Below are positions 30,824-32,000 of a stretch of DNA of 32,000 nucleotides, piece after piece. Origin of the DNA: Pseudomonas aeruginosa (GTDB lineage Bacteria > Pseudomonadota > Gammaproteobacteria > Pseudomonadales > Pseudomonadaceae); NCBI RefSeq assembly GCF_001457615.1, contig NZ_LN831024.1:630001-662000 (forward strand), written 5' to 3'. Every line of letters starts with the position of its first letter. The first letter of the stretch is position 1. The notes beneath the pieces are model-generated. The model did no database searches. It saw only the letters and a list, made by a program, of their open reading frames with translations, and was not told where the DNA came from. The position numbers and the translations under genes were made by a program.

Positions 30824-30846
30824 GACGGCGCGAGGCGGAAGAAAAG

Positions 30847-30880
30847 AAGGCGGATGGCGTTTGCGTCATCCGCCTTTTTT
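30847..30880 (+). terminator. Intrinsic terminator downstream of trpE
   Basis: GGCGGATG(30849-30856) N10 CATCCGCC(30867-30874) TTTTTT(30875-30880). Confidence 0.92.
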
Positions 30881-30906
30881 GTGCCCGGCTGGACCCACGC
30901 ATTGGC

Positions 30907-30961
30907 TTCGCCCTACGCGGCACCGCTTTCGTAGGGCGAATATCGCGGTGCGATATCCGCC
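30907..30961. repeat. REP-like palindromic element cluster between trpE and prtN
   Basis: Inverted pair TTCGCCCTAC(30907-30916)/GTAGGGCGAA(30931-30940), followed by GGCG-A-ATATCGC(30935-30946) ggt GCGATAT-C-CGCC(30950-30961). Confidence 0.7.
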
Positions 30962-31008
30962 GGGCGGAGCATGGTGTCGCTCCCGCGATGTAGGCGACGG
31001 CGGGCCGC

Positions 31009-31323
31009 TCAGGGGGCGATGCTGTCCGCGCCTGGCGGTGCTCGACGGGCGCCTCCGGCTTGGTTCGCGCGCTGGTCGACGTAGGCGGCGAGGTGATCGA
31101 GGGCCACGAACTGCATGGCCTTGTGGCTATCGTCGAGGGTCGTCACCGGCAGGGCGATCCGCCCGCATGCCAGGGCCTTGCTGAAGTTTTCCTTGTTCAG
31201 GTTGCGAAACCAGCGTTCGCGGACCTGCTCCAGCGGCACCAGGACGTCGCCGAAGATGCGGTAGACCAATTCCACGGTTTCCTGGCGTGGAATCGGAGTG
31301 CTAGGGGCGATGGATGGCTGCAT
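31009..31323 (-). CDS. prtN: Pyocin transcriptional activator PrtN
   Basis: 104 aa, '[74 protein letters not shown]'. AGGAGG ribosome-binding site upstream; adjacent to prtR. Confidence 0.93.
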   Translation of the reverse strand: MQPSIAPSTPIPRQETVELVYRIFGDVLVPLEQVRERWFRNLNKENFSKALACGRIALPVTTLDDSHKAMQFVALDHLAAYVDQRANQAGGARRAPPGADSIAP

Positions 31324-31358
31324 GGTATTCCCTCCTGCGGCTACACGTCGTTGAGGGA

Positions 31359-31387
31359 AATATAGCTCAGGTTGTTTTCTTGTTCAA
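31359..31387 (-). promoter_or_regulatory. Predicted sigma70-type promoter for prtN
   Basis: On the minus strand: TTGAAC (complement of 31382-31387), 17-nt spacer, TATATT (complement of 31359-31364). Confidence 0.75.
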
Positions 31388-31400
31388 TAGCTGAAGTTGT
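31362..31400 (-). promoter_or_regulatory. Direct-repeat pair at the prtN promoter, candidate PrtR operator
   Basis: ATAGCTCAGGTTGT (31362-31375) and ATAGCTGAAGTTGT (31387-31400), 12/14 identical, offset 25 bp, at the predicted -10/spacer and just upstream of the -35. Confidence 0.55.
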
Positions 31401-31422
31401 AGAGCGGGCGAGCGCCAGGCGC

Positions 31423-32000
31423 TCACCGCACCAGGGACGGGCCGCGCCGGTGGCGTACGGTGGACCACCAGAAGACCCAACCGATCATGCTGATCTGGCG
31501 GCTGCGCATGTCCTCCGGCGAGTACTCCTCGTCCGGATATTCCTCGCGGTTGAAGCTGCGCAGGCGAATGCCGCCGCCGGGCAGGCGATAGACGAACTTC
31601 ACCCGCAGCATGCCGTCATGTTCGAGGGCGTAGATCTCGCCATCGGTGATATGGGTGGTGGCGGTGTCCACGCCGATGGTGGAGCCATCCATGATCAGCG
31701 GTTCCATGCTGTTGCCGGTGAGTTGGGCGCAGATCGCCGCCGACGGATCGACGCCCGAGGCTCGCAGCGTGGCATAGGAAAAACGCAGCTTGCGCCCCTC
31801 TATCTCGCGTACCGCAGTGCGTCCGGCGCCGGCGGACATCTCCACTTCCTTGTACAGCGGCAGTTCCACTTCGTCTTCGTCCAGCGGTGTGTCGCTGTCC
31901 CACGGATGCAGCGGTTCCAGCACCAATGGGCTGCCATCGGCCACGGACACGGCACTGCGCGCGGCTGGAGCGCCTTCGCCGGTCTGCAGCCAGACCGGCG
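31423..32000 (-). CDS. prtR: Pyocin repressor PrtR (LexA/CI-like, S24 peptidase domain), N-terminus outside window
   Basis: Frame is open to the window edge: '...WLQTGEGAPAARSAVSVADGSPLVLEPLHPWDSDTPLDEDEVELPLYKEVE...QLTGNSMEPLIMDGSTIGVD...LEHDGMLRVKFVYRLPGGG' (S24 catalytic Ser and Lys motifs). Confidence 0.94.
   Translation of the reverse strand, partial: PVWLQTGEGAPAARSAVSVADGSPLVLEPLHPWDSDTPLDEDEVELPLYKEVEMSAGAGRTAVREIEGRKLRFSYATLRASGVDPSAAICAQLTGNSMEPLIMDGSTIGVDTATTHITDGEIYALEHDGMLRVKFVYRLPGGGIRLRSFNREEYPDEEYSPEDMRSRQISMIGWVFWWSTVRHRRGPSLVR

Overview
This window is a gene-dense, GC-rich chromosomal segment that reads as Pseudomonas aeruginosa core genome. The genus and species are inferred from gene order and protein sequences, not from a database search. 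Left to right: (i) the 3' end of a folK-like gene, cca, and a small DUF4136-like lipoprotein; (ii) a minus-strand triad of PrkA/YeaG-type AAA+ kinase, YeaH-type VWA protein and SpoVR/YcgB; (iii) the minus-strand lptD-surA-pdxA-rsmA-apaG-apaH-glpE run; (iv) plus-strand amgK-murU and a DjlA-like J-domain protein; (v) a minus-strand DUF3530-like protein; (vi) a sensor kinase/response regulator plus two paralogous binding proteins and an ABC transporter (agt-type); (vii) rpe-gph-trpE; (viii) prtN and the 3' part of prtR, the pyocin regulators. I see no CRISPR array, tRNA/rRNA or transposase. I found no clearly unknown accessory system. The best second-look items are: a perfect or near-perfect hairpin at nearly every intercistronic junction of the agt transporter cluster, including one around the agtA stop codon and one intrinsic-terminator-like between agtB and agtC; a direct-repeat pair at a near-consensus promoter of prtN, a candidate PrtR operator; a perfect 11-bp-stem hairpin in the prkA-yeaH gap; the poorly understood kinase/VWA/SpoVR triad; and a REP-like palindrome cluster between trpE and prtN.
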